64,000 nt of DNA from Octopus sinensis (lineage: Eukaryota), in NCBI RefSeq assembly GCF_006345805.1, contig NC_042999.1, forward strand, positions 33,108,001 to 33,172,000, read 5' to 3'. The notes beneath the pieces were generated by a model. That model was not told where the DNA came from. It worked only from the letters and a program-made list of their open reading frames with translations, and made no database searches. How positions within the stretch are numbered: position 1 is the first letter of the stretch; each line of letters begins with the position of its first letter. This document shows positions 26,504-40,659 of the stretch, piece after piece. The position numbers and the translations under genes were made by a program.

Positions 26504-28527
26504 TAATAATAATAATAATTATAATAATAATAATAATAATAATTAATAATAATAATAATGATAATAATAATAATAACAATAACAATCATGATGATGATGA
26601 GGAGGAGGATAATGATGATGATGAATAAATGAACAAAATCTGTGTGACCAATCTAGAGCCATCAATCGTTTGAATTGTACCTCTCTAACCAGACAACCTG
26701 CGTCGGTTCTATTTAATTACAAACCTGGGGCAAAATAAAAGTATACATCTTACTTTAATTTTATCTTGTAAGTTTGCAATTGTCCTTTCACAATACGGTA
26801 ATGAATATAATTATATTGCCAGAACCAATTACGTTCAGTTGTCTAAAACTGTGCGTGAAATACTGCGTAAAAGTATGCATCTTATAGAATTGTTTTTTTT
26901 AATACACTTCATATTAATCTAGCTATTGCATCCCCTCTCTCCCATTTACAACATTTGACTTATGAAAGGAATGGAATTCTAAAACTTATTATTTTGATTG
27001 ATATTATTCATTTATTTACTATTCCTCATGTCACAACATATATTAAATTATCTATTGATTTGAGAAGTAGTACATGACAAATATATATTTACTTTCAGGA
27101 GTTTATTGCAGATTTTACACGATAAGTAACATGTACTAAGAAATATCACGTACTAGTTTAAAATGGTGCTAAACATACACCTTTATTTACGAAACCCGTT
27201 AGCAATACAGTTGCTGCTGATACAGTTACTATTATTGGTTAAAATTAATTATACTGATAGTTTTATTTCAGTTTTCCATATTTCCTTCTGATTAATAATT
27301 TGAAATATTGACAGTGGCAAGCAGGTTATCGGTAAATACGATTCTCCAACGTCTGAATTTCATAATCTTAAACATGATTCATTAAACTATGCATCAAGTT
27401 ATTTTATCCACACTAAACATTGAATGGTAGAAAAAAATGTACGAGAGTAAATCGAATCGACGCAATGTCTAATGAGATATATATTCTGAAGTTGGTTACC
27501 AGAATGTAATTGCAATTCAGTTTCGTATTCTGAAATTCTAATTTTCTTTACTATATTTCTCTATTTATATAACTGCCATTTTCCTAATTACTACCGTATT
27601 TTGTTTTCTATTTCTTTCGTCCTTTTCGTAGAATTTTGATAACTATATTTGACACCTTAACTTTCTATGACGTCTTTGATATTTGGTAAAAAAAAAAAAA
27701 TAGGAATAAATCTTCTGTACGCGAATAAGTGAGATCAGCTTTAATTTTCATGAAAGTACTTCATTCATTTAACCTATATAAAAGTCTACAAATTCATATC
27801 GAAATCGCAGGCTAATTTGTGCATTTTAAAAGTTGCGACAGAATTGATTATTTCTATGACAACAAAATGTCCTCCACATCAGTGATGTTTGTAATGATTT
27901 ACGTTCTGGACAATCGTGTGTCATAATGGTCTTATTGTACATAGTATGTACATGCATTCAAATCACCTGTTAATATCATCTTTACACATTTTTTATAGAA
28001 AATTTAGCCAACACAGCTTTTGTTACCACGTTTCGTATCTGAGACGTCAGATGTAAGCAAGCAATAAGATCAACGATGAAAATTAAATAATGCGCTTATA
28101 GGACACAGGAGCTTTATTGCATCTTCATATGCACCAATCTACGAATTCATTGCTTAAGTAACCACTACATCTAGTGATGTAACGTTATTGGGCACACCAA
28201 TTTACAAATTAAACACGTTCCTGGAAGCTGGTACGTAAAAATTAATAACAAGTAGTCACTCGTATTTTATTAAGAGCCCATAATATGCCACATAGTATAT
28301 TAAACATTTTTATAAGTGAATACAATGTACTATTGTGCTAGCAGTACACTTAAATCACGCGTTAAGTTCATTTCTACAGATTATTTTCATCTCACGTCTC
28401 GATTACGAAACATATTAGAATTGGTGCTGGTTTTAAGTTCTATAGAAAACATGATCTTAACACATGATTTAACTGCACTGATAACACAGTAGTACACGGT
28501 ATTGACTTATAAAAACGTTGGACCACA

Positions 28528-30270
28528 GCTTTATATATAGTGACATCGAATCAACAGTCCAGGTGAACGGTTTCTTTTCGGGACCGTTCTGAATTGAACG
28601 ATCGGGACGTCAAGGTGTCCTCTCTCTCCGCTTCTGGACGTTTTGGCCCTCGAGCCATTGCTGAAAAAGTTAGGGGCTATGAGAAGCACCCTGCGAGAAT
28701 TAGAGTGCGGTAAGTTAGTTTCGGCGTATACGGATGACACCACCATCATCGTATTCCGAGTCGAACACTTAGAGTGGGTAGGTGAGGCCATAAGGGATTA
28801 CGAAGCGGTGGCAGGAATAAAACTTAACTGAGATAAATCGGTCAGCTTGCAACACGGCACCTGGACTGGCAAGTCACTGCCGTCCGACAACGTCGTGGGA
28901 CGTTGGACAGACGGTCCGGTGAAAATGCTTGGAATCTGGTTAGGTCCTGATCTCCAGATAGAGAAGAACTGGAGTGAGGTAGCGAGAAGTGTTACTTATC
29001 TAACTCACACCTGGATCGCGCGTAAGCTGTTCCTGAAAGGGAGAGCGGAAGTTGCAGGTGTGTTTATTGCATCTGTAATCACCTACCGCCTAACCCTTGC
29101 CCCGATTCATGCCTGAACAAGTCGGAACGCATGCTGTTCCGCTTGTTTTGTGGAGCAGGGTACCTTGTAAAGCGCTCTATTTGCTGCCAAAAACCGCTGA
29201 AGGGTGGGCTAGGGATGCACAGACCATACACTGCGGCTTAGACGCCTCTGGCTTTACCTGGACGGTGAACAGTTGTGGTCTCCGTTTCTCAAACTATTAT
29301 TTCCACGTTTCATATCTTTTACTGAACTGGACTCATGGAGTAAGCGTAGACCGATGTTGGGGCTAGGCAAACAGAGGGTCATAAGGAATTCGTCCTTCTC
29401 TACCGGTCGGGAAACGCTGGTGGCAGGGGTTCCACCTCGTTCTTCTATAGAGGGTTAGTAGAGTTCACGTTTGAAGACGTCCTGAGAGAAACGCTGGGTT
29501 TCGACGAAGGTCAACGCGCCAGCCTGTACCGAAGAACATTCGGGCCAGGAGCGATGGACAATTACCAGAAGTCCCTGGCATGTCAGTGTTACAGAGGTGC
29601 TTTACTTGTTCAGTATAAGCCCTTCACGCGTGGTTCGTCGTCGCCGCCAACTTGTCCAAGATGCGGGAAGGACAGTGAAACTGTTCTGCACGCAATTGTA
29701 CCATGTCTGAAGATTTCGGAACTCTGGGCTTATGCCGAACACCTGCTGTCACATCTGAGAAGAGTACAACTGTCGACCGAATCTATTATTTAGATCGTTC
29801 CGCCGCCCTCTGTGAATAGGGAAGAATAGCTTTTTTTTTCCTCTCGGTAGTAGCTATTGCAAAAGAGGTAGTATGGAAGTATTGAAGACGAGAATGAAAG
29901 GGATCGTGTCAGGTATTTTTATCTTCAGCCTTGTGTTAGTTAACCTTTTTTCCTTTTTCTACATTGGAAGAAAAATAAGGCTGGAGAATAAATGCCTGTC
30001 GCTCGGTGTTTTTTCGAAAAACATGGAAGTCTGTAGTATGCGTGTTGTGAGTGGATGAACGTGTATGAGCCGTAAATTAAAAGCTAAAAAAAACTTTTCT
30101 GCATGGGAATGTGGTTCGTTGGCCGCTTCGTTTTTGTTAATCATCCTAATCTTACTTCATCATTAATTATTGTTTGGAATTACCCTCATTCGATCTCTGC
30201 CTCCTTGTCTGTCTGTCTGACCTCGTTTTATCCTCTCCATTTATATCCTGTAATGCTGAATAAAGAAAAG
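28528..30270 (+). mobile_element. Tx1/L1-like LINE 3' remnant
   Basis: ERSGRQG.PLSPLL.VLALEPLLKKL, SAYTDDTT, GIKLN.DKS, CPRCGKDSETVLHAIVPC, pyrimidine-rich 3' UTR, AATAAA at 30259-30264. Confidence 0.9.
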
Positions 30271-31562
30271 AGTTTGAAAACGGATGTTGTCCACTCATTC
30301 TAAGAGTTCAATATCAGGGTTCACGCGCACTCTGATATTGAAATCTGTGTGCGCGTCTGTGTGTGTATGTTTATGTGTGTGTGTGCATGTGTACATAACA
30401 GAAGATATGAAATACAGTAAAATATAATAATCATCTTTTAAGAATGCTACTAGAACACAAATCTACAAAATGAACATAAACATAATCACATCTAATACAA
30501 AGATAATTTTTTTGTAATTATAGATTGCGTATAATTTTTAAGATTTTCAAACGAATCTTATTTCATTTGTTTCTCATTTCAGAGTTAGACAATTGGAAAT
30601 CTGTAGCTTTAGAGTGTGCTTAAATGTAGATCCCATGTTTGACGTAGAGAGTTCCCTACAGCACAACTTTCACTCTTTGACTTTCTGTTCAAAATCGCGA
30701 AATAGAGAAAAATGCATAACAACGTACGAAGAATATCTGTCTGCATTGAATTCTGTTTGGCTCCTTTATGCATTACAAATATACTCTTCCATTCAGTCTG
30801 AAAGCCGCATTGCTAGCGAAGTAATTAACGTCGTAAGCATAACTTCTGTAGAGAGCTAGCACATCAAAACAGGTCCAATGCTTACTAAAGAATATCTGTG
30901 AGTGACAGAAATAATAATTATATACGGCCAAAGGTTGTTTAGTTATCTGACAAGAGTACTTGCTTTTTAAATTCACGTATTTTAATGGTAGATCAACTAT
31001 ATCAATTTCTGAGACAGTTTGTAAGTAGAGATCCACTCTACAGCTTACGCATTCTGAGGTTACTTGAATCATATAAGAAAGCACGGTGGTAATTGGCTTA
31101 CGGAGAACGATGATACAAACACAATAGTTGACAGCTGGAGAAGTTGCATAACAATGTGCCTATTATTACGTGTATTATAGTAAAATCTTTCTAGTAACTT
31201 TGGTGGAGCGTACATGAGAAAATTGATTAGAAACAGCACCCATAATTGTGAAATAGTTTAAACAATCATCTGTAGTTATATATCATGAATATCAGTTTGT
31301 AGCAGATACAGAAAAAACTGCAATATTAGTTCAATGAGAAAGTCATTCTTATTAATAAATAACATCTGTTCCACGAGAAACTCAATATTTTTAAGTTCAT
31401 TACATATTCAACTTTACGAGGAAAATATATATAGTGACTTCCAAATTTCAGCATACAATCCTGTAACAATATTTGCTTTCTTCTTTATATATTTAATGGT
31501 AAATGGATTTTGGTTGGTGGCGCTCTACGGGCCCGTAAGGGAAAATTTGATTTTGTTTGTCT

Positions 31563-31725
31563 CGGTAACAGCTAGATGTGTAATAAGAAACCTGTCCCCA
31601 GCCACACGATTTGGGGTTCAGTCCCAATATACAGCGGATTGGGCCGCTGTTTCGACTGTAGTTTCGGGCCGACCAAAGTGTTGTGAGTGGATTTCGTAGA
31701 AGGAAACTGAAAGACGCTAATCGTA
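31563..31725 (+). mobile_element. tRNA-derived SINE family A, decayed 5' half
   Basis: ggttcagtccc...tcgggccgaccaaag..ttgtgagtggattt..gaaactgaaaga matches 35267-35420. Followed by (GT)n at 31731-31790. Confidence 0.8.
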
Positions 31726-31728
31726 TAC

Positions 31729-31795
<67 letters not shown>

Positions 31796-32679
31796 TACGT
31801 GTGTGTGTCTGTCTGTTGAATATAACTTTTAATAAGATATGTTACGAGAATGTTATATACAGAAACGGATACAACGTTTTGTTCTTATTATAAGTTTGTG
31901 GGTCTCTCATTTATATGATTTTTCGATTGGTCTTCAAAATGGTTTTGTTGATACTCATACGTTGAAATCTCCGCTTATTTTCTTCTCATTCATTGAAACA
32001 AAATATCAAAATGTCCTTCTATAAGTGGATGTTACATTTTTAGATAATCAATATTCATACTTAAGTTATGGCAGTTTATGTAGAAATTCAAATGTTTCAG
32101 GATCGAATCTTTAGTTGGTGTTTTTCTTTCTTTTTTCTTACCTCTAAAGTATGTCGTCAATTATGAATATGTTAATATGTTTTTATTCCTGATCTATCAA
32201 TTACCGTCATTAATTATTGGATTGACAATGGTCAATGCAATATAATAACATATACAACAAGTTAAAAGTGCAATAGAAGAAAATATCATAGAAATTAATT
32301 TGTACGAAATATGTTCCAAATGATATGCAGTATCTCAATAACAGAGAAAATCTTACAATGGATCCAAGATTAGCATATAATTGTACATACACATGTGGGT
32401 ACGTACATTCATACAAACACACACATATAAGGTTTTATAGAACACGTATCCTACAGAAACTGACAAACAATTAAAGATGGGGAACAGAAGCTGTTAAAAA
32501 ATTTATAAAATTTTAATCCATTCACACGATCGTTTCCAACGGTAATATTAACATGTAAGAAACATGGAAAAAAGTTTTAATTAATACAATTATAATTAAA
32601 TTAATTACATGTTACCGTTCTCTACAGTGCGAAAGATGCATACATCGAAAAGACAACAACACAATAATCATAAGAATAT

Positions 32680-34150
32680 GACTTTTCATGCTCGCATTTT
32701 TCCATATAATAATACTATATATTATATATGACATACGTATATGTATGATGTTTACAAGTAAAGTATAGAATATAATGTATAATCTATTAATTATATTAAT
32801 CTGTGTAAATATAAATTTGAAACAAGTTAGAAGTAGTAATAATTATTATTATTTTGTAACTTTCTTGACATAATTTGCAGAACTTGTTCATATGTTTATA
32901 AGATGGAGGTGAAAAAGTACTTTCCAAGAAATCGGGTATTCTATTCAGTTGCCAAAACCTTTTGTGATAGACCTGTGCTATTTTCTTTTGTAGGGCCATT
33001 AAATATTATTTAATCTTAATTTGAAAGAATTTTATGTACATCACATGTAAGTAAATTTAGAGAGATCATGGGTAATGTTTGTTACTTGGTATGTTACATC
33101 TGTCGTTTTACAGTTACCTTCTATCTCACAAGTATTCAGGTTTCCACAGTTAAAATTAGAATTATTAGTTGGTACTCTATTGTTACGTCTATATGTATTG
33201 AGGTTTGGTTATTTTGATAATTGTTATTAGATATGGAATTATTGGGGTTGGTTTGTGTATTAGAAAGAGATTTTTCATTAGAGAATTGGTCTAGTTTCCT
33301 ATTTTTATACGAAAAGATGATTCTAAATACGTTTGGAGATATTAAAAGTCCAAATCTGATCATTTTGTTATTAAATATTTTTGCATATTTAGAGATTTTT
33401 AAGTTTTTGTTAATAATGTTTCTAATGGATTCAATTAAATTAGATTTTAGATGTTTTGCAAAAGGAATTATTATGATCCAAATGATGCTATTTTTGTTTA
33501 ATTTATTATCGTAGTGGTTTATATTTTGTGGGTCATCAATTCATACATATGGTATAGATTTCTGTTTTTTTCTATATTATTCCTGACGTAATTAATATGA
33601 TTCAAGCTGTTATGTGAATTATTAGAAGCATGAGACGTAGTGGAATGAGTTTGATATTTTAAGTGCGTAGGTTTAGGGTTCGTATTTCTATCTATAGTTA
33701 TTTGTTTTTGGTATTTATTGTCCGTATACTTGGGTTTAATTACATTATTAACAGTGTATTTGGTAGTTTGTGGGTTGGTAAAATTAGTGTTATTCGTTCT
33801 ATTAGTGAGGTTATTGCTATGGTGCTCATATTTATAGAGTCTATTATTATAATGTTTATTGTTGTCGTAGGATTTGTGTAGGATTGTGTCTGTTGCTAAT
33901 CTATTGCTGGTGATTATTATTGAGAAAATGTAATTGTGTGTCGGGTTTTCTAACTTACCAGTTGATGTGGGTTCAGTAATATGGTCGCTATTGTTTTTAT
34001 TTCGATAATTATTGGAATAATTTGAATAGGTGCTATTCTTATTGTTGTACTCAATTCTATATTTGTACCGAACCTTCTTAAATGCTAGATGATAGTAGTG
34101 TGTGTGCTTCTCAAGAATGTCCTCATTCTCTACTTTGTATGTTGGAAGAT
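32680..34150 (-). pseudogene. Decayed PLE (thumb, long linker, GIY-YIG) of the same type as 101-2569
   Basis: Minus strand: ENEDILEKHTHYYHLAFKKVRY, SIIWIIIIPF...KIFNNK, NCGNLNTCEIEGNC..DVTYQV, NSFKLRLNN, EYPISWKVL, KFCKLCQE. Confidence 0.82.
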
Positions 34151-34967
34151 TTCTTAGGTATGTGCATAAGGCCGAAAGGCTTTATATTTCGTCACAATGT
34201 ATTCTGTAGTTGCATTCATATAATTTCACCTACACAAATATTAATACCAAATATATGAACGTAGGAAATCATTATAGATAAAAGCAAAAATTTTCCTTGA
34301 CTAAACTTCACACAATCAGGATAAAATATACACTAGATTTACTAATAAAAGAATCTAAACTTCAGTAAAGAAAATTGCACCAATGATATCAAAAACAAAT
34401 TATAGAATTTCATTGGTTTTAATTCTTTTATGATACGTAATATAAATAGTATTTTCTGCAACAGTAGGAAGAACAACAATTCTTGAGTAAACTATGAAGC
34501 GTTCCTACAGTTGTTTACTGTGCGAGAAATCCATTCAAAATGACATTAAATCAAATAATAATGTTATACAAAATGAAGGCGATATTTGATAATATAGGTC
34601 CAGATATATTAATATAATTGAATAGTCATTGCTTGAAAATAATCAATCACGTATCTATAATAAGTGTTTATATATGGGACTACAACAACGGCAGCTATAA
34701 TATGCTAAAAAAACGAATGTTGGAGAAGTTCTATTACATTTTCAACTATTTCACAATTATTTGCATTACTGGTATAAATACACGCATTTGGTGTACTTGA
34801 CATGTCTATAAAGAAAAAAACCGTCAGGTTCAAATGAAATTCTGTAGGTTCCTAAAAGTAATAGAGAGAAAAAAGAAAACAATGTATACATAATAAACTA
34901 CTTCACAAAACGGTGAAGTATTACTGAGCAATCCCTTCCCGAAAGAAATTCTGAATTTATTACCAAA

Positions 34968-35215
34968 GTATGCGGTGGAGCTGTGTGGTAAGAAACTTGC
35001 TTCAAGAGTACGCGGTTCCTGCTTCAGTCCCACTGCATGGTATCTTGAGCAAGTGTCTTCTACTATAACATCGGGCCGACCAAAGCGTTGTAAGTGTATT
35101 TGGTAGACGGAAACTGGAAGAAGACTGTCATATATATATATATATATTTATTAGCCATTTAAATATACTTCACGTTGTGTTGCAGCTACTGTTTGTAACT
35201 CGGTCTGAGATTTAT

Positions 35216-35266
<51 letters not shown>

Positions 35267-35680
35267 GGCGCAGGAGTGGCTGTGTGGTAAGTAGCTTGTT
35301 TACCAACCACATGGTTCCGGGTTCAGTCCCACTGCAGGGAACCTTGGGCAAGCGTCTTCTACTATAGCCTCGGGCCGACCAAAGCCTTGTGTGTGGATTT
35401 GGCAGACGGAAACTGAAAGAAGCCCGTCGTATATATGTATGTATATATATATGTGTGTGTTTGTATGTCTGTGTTTGTCCTCCTAGCATTGTTTGATAAC
35501 CGATGCTGGTGTGTTTATGTCCCCGTTACTTAGCGGTTCGGCAAAAAGAGACCGATAGAATAAGTACTAGGCTTACAAAAGAATAAGTCCTGGGGCCGAG
35601 TTGCTCGATTAAAGGCGGTGCTCAAGCATGGCCGCAGTCAAATGACTGAAACAATTAAAAGAGTAAAAGAGTAAAGAGTA

Positions 35681-35716
<36 letters not shown>

Positions 35717-35985
35717 ATGTATGTATGCATGTATGTGTTATGTATGTATGCATGTATTTCTCTATGTGCGTGTCTGTGTTTGTACCCATCCCATCCCTGA
35801 CAACCGATGCTGATGTGTGTATGTCTCCGTAACTTAGCGGTTCGGCAATACAGACCGTTGAAATAAAAAGTAGGCTAACTAAGAATAAGTCCTGGGGTTG
35901 ATTTCTTTATCTAAACCATTTAAGGCGGTGCTACAGTATGATTGCATTTAAGTAACTGAAACAGTTAAAATAATAAAATGAAACA
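34968..35985 (+). mobile_element. Older family A SINE split into a 5' half (34968-35130) and a 3' half (35765-35985)
   Basis: Both halves are diverged matches to the corresponding parts of 35267-35680. Confidence 0.75.
35267..35680 (+). mobile_element. tRNA-derived SINE family A, full length
   Basis: A-box-like tggctgtgtggt, B-box-like ggttcagtccc, central TA/TG tract, tail (aaagagt)n. Close match to 59703-60106. Confidence 0.93.
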
Positions 35986-38141
35986 ATAAAAATCTAATAT
36001 AAGATCATATTTCATGCCCGGTAATACACGCAAGAAACATTTTATTTACTAACACGTTCAGGAATTCTCTAAGACAGCGTCATTACAATAACTTGCAAAT
36101 CGATCTCTCTGTATACACAAACATTTTATAAATGTGTTGGTTTCTTCAAAGAATTGACAATGCTGCCGATTACAAGATGTATAGCCCATCTTGCATTCTA
36201 TATCACATCATCGACAAAGATTTTCTTTGTTTTTCCTGAATAAATACGGAAGACGGATTTAATATTTTTGCAACGAAATTTGAGTAAGAAATATTTAAGA
36301 CTTTACAAATTGTATATTTATTCGTTTCAATCTACCGTAGGCAAAATTATTAATGAGTTGATAAGATTCTCCTACTTGTGAATAAAGCAATATCTCACCA
36401 TGTAACATGACGATGATAAAAGAATATACCATTCTGTGTTTAAAATATAAAACAACCTATTACGAAAATATAAAATATGAATTGTTCGAGAAAATCAGAC
36501 CCAATTATATAAGGTTGACGATGAAGTAGTGAAACTATTTAACGTACTAAATTACCTAATAAAACACCGAAACCATTTCCCATAGAAATATTTAGCTATC
36601 GGTGTTCAAGAAACATTATCAAATATCAGATATACTTGTAATGTTTTGAAGCAATAATGAAAACTAAATTCCTTGGAAGCATAGCCACGATTTACTTGTA
36701 AATTGTTTATGCATTTGGGTGAGTTCCTATAATTTTATTTCCTGAATGCAAAATAGCTCTATAATTAAGAAATAGTTTTCGCTATTTTCCTGAGGGAAAA
36801 AAAAAACAAAACCTATCATTTATAGTACAAGACATCAAATAAACTTGTTCGCTAATCAACTAATAGATATTAAATCAATGTAGCTTTTTTTCTTAAAGCA
36901 AGTCATGAATACCTAGCATTTATTTATAAACGAAAGACTCTGAAGATACAGATAGGCCTAACAAAACAGAAAATTACCGAGACTTATGTCTTTTTAAATA
37001 TGAAGGCAAAGCTGCGTGTGCCTATGTATATATTTAGCACATCATAAAATTTGAACAGCCATGTGTCGGCGACTATAAATAGCTAAAACTACGCATTCAT
37101 CTGCAGCTGATTATATAACAGAATATGACAGCGTATATATCTGTATGCACAAACACACACGTAATGACACATGAAAGTTTATCCCCATACTCACAAAATT
37201 ATATACATATATGCATATATCTTAGTCGGCAAGTTATTAAATATTATTGACTAAAAGTACCATAAGAAGATCGATATCCTTGAAAGTTAGTAAAATAGCC
37301 TCGAGAATAAAAATACGTATAATTTGAAGAAGTGAGGAAAATATGAACAACTTATATATGATATCACGATAGTCATTCCTTAAAGAATTTTGATACTTAT
37401 AGAAGCACTTGGAATCAAAGAGCTTACTTTTGCCATGCTTACATCCACTTGTGATTCCTTATTGCAAATATTGTTAGCAATATTATTAATAATGCTAGTA
37501 ATAATGATATCTACCTGAGACAAAGTTATTGTCGAGGAGAATTAGATAGACGAATGTCGATCATCTGAAGTACATTGATAAAACAAGCAAAATGACCAAA
37601 AACTGCCATAACACTCAACTCACTAATTGAAAATTCTAGACTTTCTCATTTATTAGTCTACCCCTTTCTGTCAATAGACAGATAAGAGGTGGCAATACCC
37701 ATAACTTATTCCCATAATATTAACGATCCCATATACTAGCAACAGTTGTAAGTCTACTATAAAGGGTTAATTGTCATATGATGTTATTAAACTGGATGGC
37801 GGGATAATTTTACTCTTGAATCATAGCAATAAGTCTTCTCTCACCGTCCATATAAAACCTTTTTCACGTGCTACCCATTAGGAGTCATTTCGAAAGAAGA
37901 TACACCTTTTTAAACACGGTCACAATGCCAACAACAAATGGAATGTAAATTTAAGGAAATACAAATCAAGGCGAAGAAAGCACAATAAATAAAACTGCAT
38001 GATTTACAGCTAACGGTTCGATTAGAATATGATTTCGAAAGATGAAAACAGAAAATAAATAAGTTAAACGTGTTACCAATAAAATAATAAGGGAAATCAA
38101 AGAATCTGAGAAAACCATATCTGACTCAGAAAGCAGGTAAA

Positions 38142-38305
38142 TCAATTACATCTACTCTAGAGCTCAACTAGCACTTATTTTATGGGACACGGAAAGATGA
38201 AGGGTAACGTCAATTTCGGTGGAATTTGAAATCACAACGTAAAGATTGACAAAATGTCGCTAAACCTTTTCCGGCGTGCAAACGATTCTGATGGTTTTCA
38301 GCCTT
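38142..38305 (-). mobile_element. SINE family C, decayed
   Basis: Reverse complement matches 63150-63310 (gcacgccgg...tcaaattcc.ccga...ttcatc...ataaaataagt). Confidence 0.7.
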
Positions 38306-38747
38306 ACTACTAGAACAATATTCATTGCTATCATTGGTACTGTAAAGTTGCCACAATCCAAAGGTCATATATATAAATATAACTGTGCATAATGTTTATT
38401 GATCTTCATATAGTCCCGACAAATGAAGTTATTGAGTCAAAACTGATCTTTTCGTATAAAAAAAACAAACAAACAAAAACTGTGTGTGATAATCTGATAA
38501 TTTACTTAACTGGGTTTCATGGTTCACAGTTTCCAACGTCGAAAACGCATGCATCCTTATCGAAATTATTATATTATTCACTGTTAGGTGATGTGTTAAG
38601 AAACCAGTTTTCTCGAATCTAAGTGGGAGATGAATTTCGAAATAAATATGAAACTGAAGGAAATAGTTAAAATTTGAAGCAACATCATTCAACATTGCTT
38701 CGTTCTTTTACGTGAAACTACATCTAAAGAATATTACTAGTATTTTT

Positions 38748-39173
38748 GGATCTTTTCGGTTTGAACGGCAGTTTTTAACATAATTTCTACGTAACTAAAA
38801 AATGTTAAACTTCGTATACTGGTAGAATGTGTTTATAAAACATCTTTTTCTCTTGGCTTTATTGAGAAAATTCTATAGTTTGTAAGATATTTCTTGTTTT
38901 TTTCTTCATTTTCTGCAATTTCAACCAATCAGTGACGTCTATTGAGGTAGAATGCATTCTGTGCCGTATGAATATGTCTCTCGTTTAAGAAACAGATTGG
39001 GTTTATTTACATTTGCGAAGAAAAAAAGATAATCTTCCGCCCACCTGTAACCCTAACTAACTCTAACCCTAAAACAGATTGAAATGCAATAGATCGATAC
39101 TAGGGTCATAATTATGGGTGACAATTTCATATGACACCGATAGAAAAAACTGCCGTTCAAACCGAAATATTCC
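38748..39173. mobile_element. MITE with ~29-bp GG-starting TIRs and an 8-bp TSD (Merlin-like or hAT-like)
   Basis: TIRs ggatcttttcggtttgaacggcagttttt (38748-38776) and aaaaaactgccgttcaaaccgaaatattcc (39144-39173). Flanks gtattttt / gtatcttt match 7/8. Confidence 0.88.
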
Positions 39174-39488
39174 GTATCTTTGAGTGCAATTCGATGTTTA
39201 ACGCAAGGATTTTGTTACAGAATAGAGGGGGAAGAAGCATCTGCATACATATTCGTAGTCTTAGTTTGTGTAACAAGTAAAAGCTAATTGATGCTGATAC
39301 CGTGTCGCAACCCATTTAAGGTAATTAAAATAATATTTCTGCTGTAAATAATTTATGAACTTTTTTTTAATTTGCCATTTTGAATATTAAGCGTGTGTTC
39401 CATTGAACGGTCGTCAACCTGGTTTTATTAATGAATTATTAAAAAGAAATGAGACGAAAAATCGGTTGTAAATAACGTAGTGTACAGA

Positions 39489-39837
39489 GCGGTCATAGGA
39501 TCGCGGTTTTGATTCCCAGACCGGACGTTGTAAGTGTTTATTGAGCGAAAACACCTAAAGCTCCACGACGCTCCGGCAGGGGATGGTGGTGATCCCTGCT
39601 GTACTCTTTCACCAGAACTTTCTCTCACTCTTACTTCCTGTTTCTGTTGTACCTGTATTTCAAGGGGCCGGCCTTGTCACTCTCTGTGTCACGCTGAATA
39701 TCCCCGAGAACTACGTTAAGGGTGCACGTGTCTGTGGAGTGCTCAGCCACTTACACGTTAATTTCACGAGCAGGGTGTTCCGTTAATTCGGATCAACCGG
39801 AACCCTCATCGTCGTAACCGACGGAGTGCTTCCATCC
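39489..39837 (+). mobile_element. tRNA-derived SINE family B, 5'-truncated, tail variant 1
   Basis: First ~130 nt match the head/core of the 44767-45064 copy; the 3' part differs. Confidence 0.88.
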
Positions 39838-40569
39838 ATATTGATATAAAGTTTTTACCTTTACGCTTTAGTTATTGTTTTTTGCTATTCCTAAGTATTA
39901 TATGTTATTCAGTCCAGTAAGAAGACTTAGTCAATGAGTCCGATCTAATTTAAGCCGGTAGATAGCATGCTGATTTTTTTGGTTTAGTCTGCATAAATAA
40001 TGATCCAACTGATTTATATTGCACTATGCTCCTACATTGCAGTATTTATCTAACAATCAGGTCATAGAGTATGAAAGTGTAAGTTGGACTCCAGCATCTT
40101 ATGTGTCTCTCCGCTTTTTGACTTTGCTACAGTTAATTTAAGGAATTTTGCCGGTTTTCTTTTTTCAGCAGTCTATGGAACCAAAAAGATGTTTTCGTTG
40201 TTGACTTTTCCTGGTTTAGTACAGCATATAGGAAATTATTTTAATATTATTTTAATGAAGCTTGCTTCCATTTAATTGATTAAGTCACTAAATATTTCGT
40301 CCAAAACACATATGCAGAAACATTTACTAATATATGCATGGTCGAAACATCAGTGAAAGATTATGCCCGAATTATACCCTACCTAGATTAGCTTATATAG
40401 CAAAGTGATGAGCAACTGAGAAAGGCATGACAGTAGCTATGTAAAGAACTTGAACTTCTAAACAGTTTATTGTACGATTGTTTAAATATGTACATACATG
40501 CATGCAGATGAAACTAAATTCTAATTTGCCTGGTTTGATAGGAATATAAAGTTACGCGTCATACGTGCG

Positions 40570-40656
<87 letters not shown>

Positions 40657-40659
<3 letters not shown>

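Noticed and set aside
39044-39071. Telomere or chromosome end
   Set aside because: Only a few degenerate TAACCC units, located inside a MITE.
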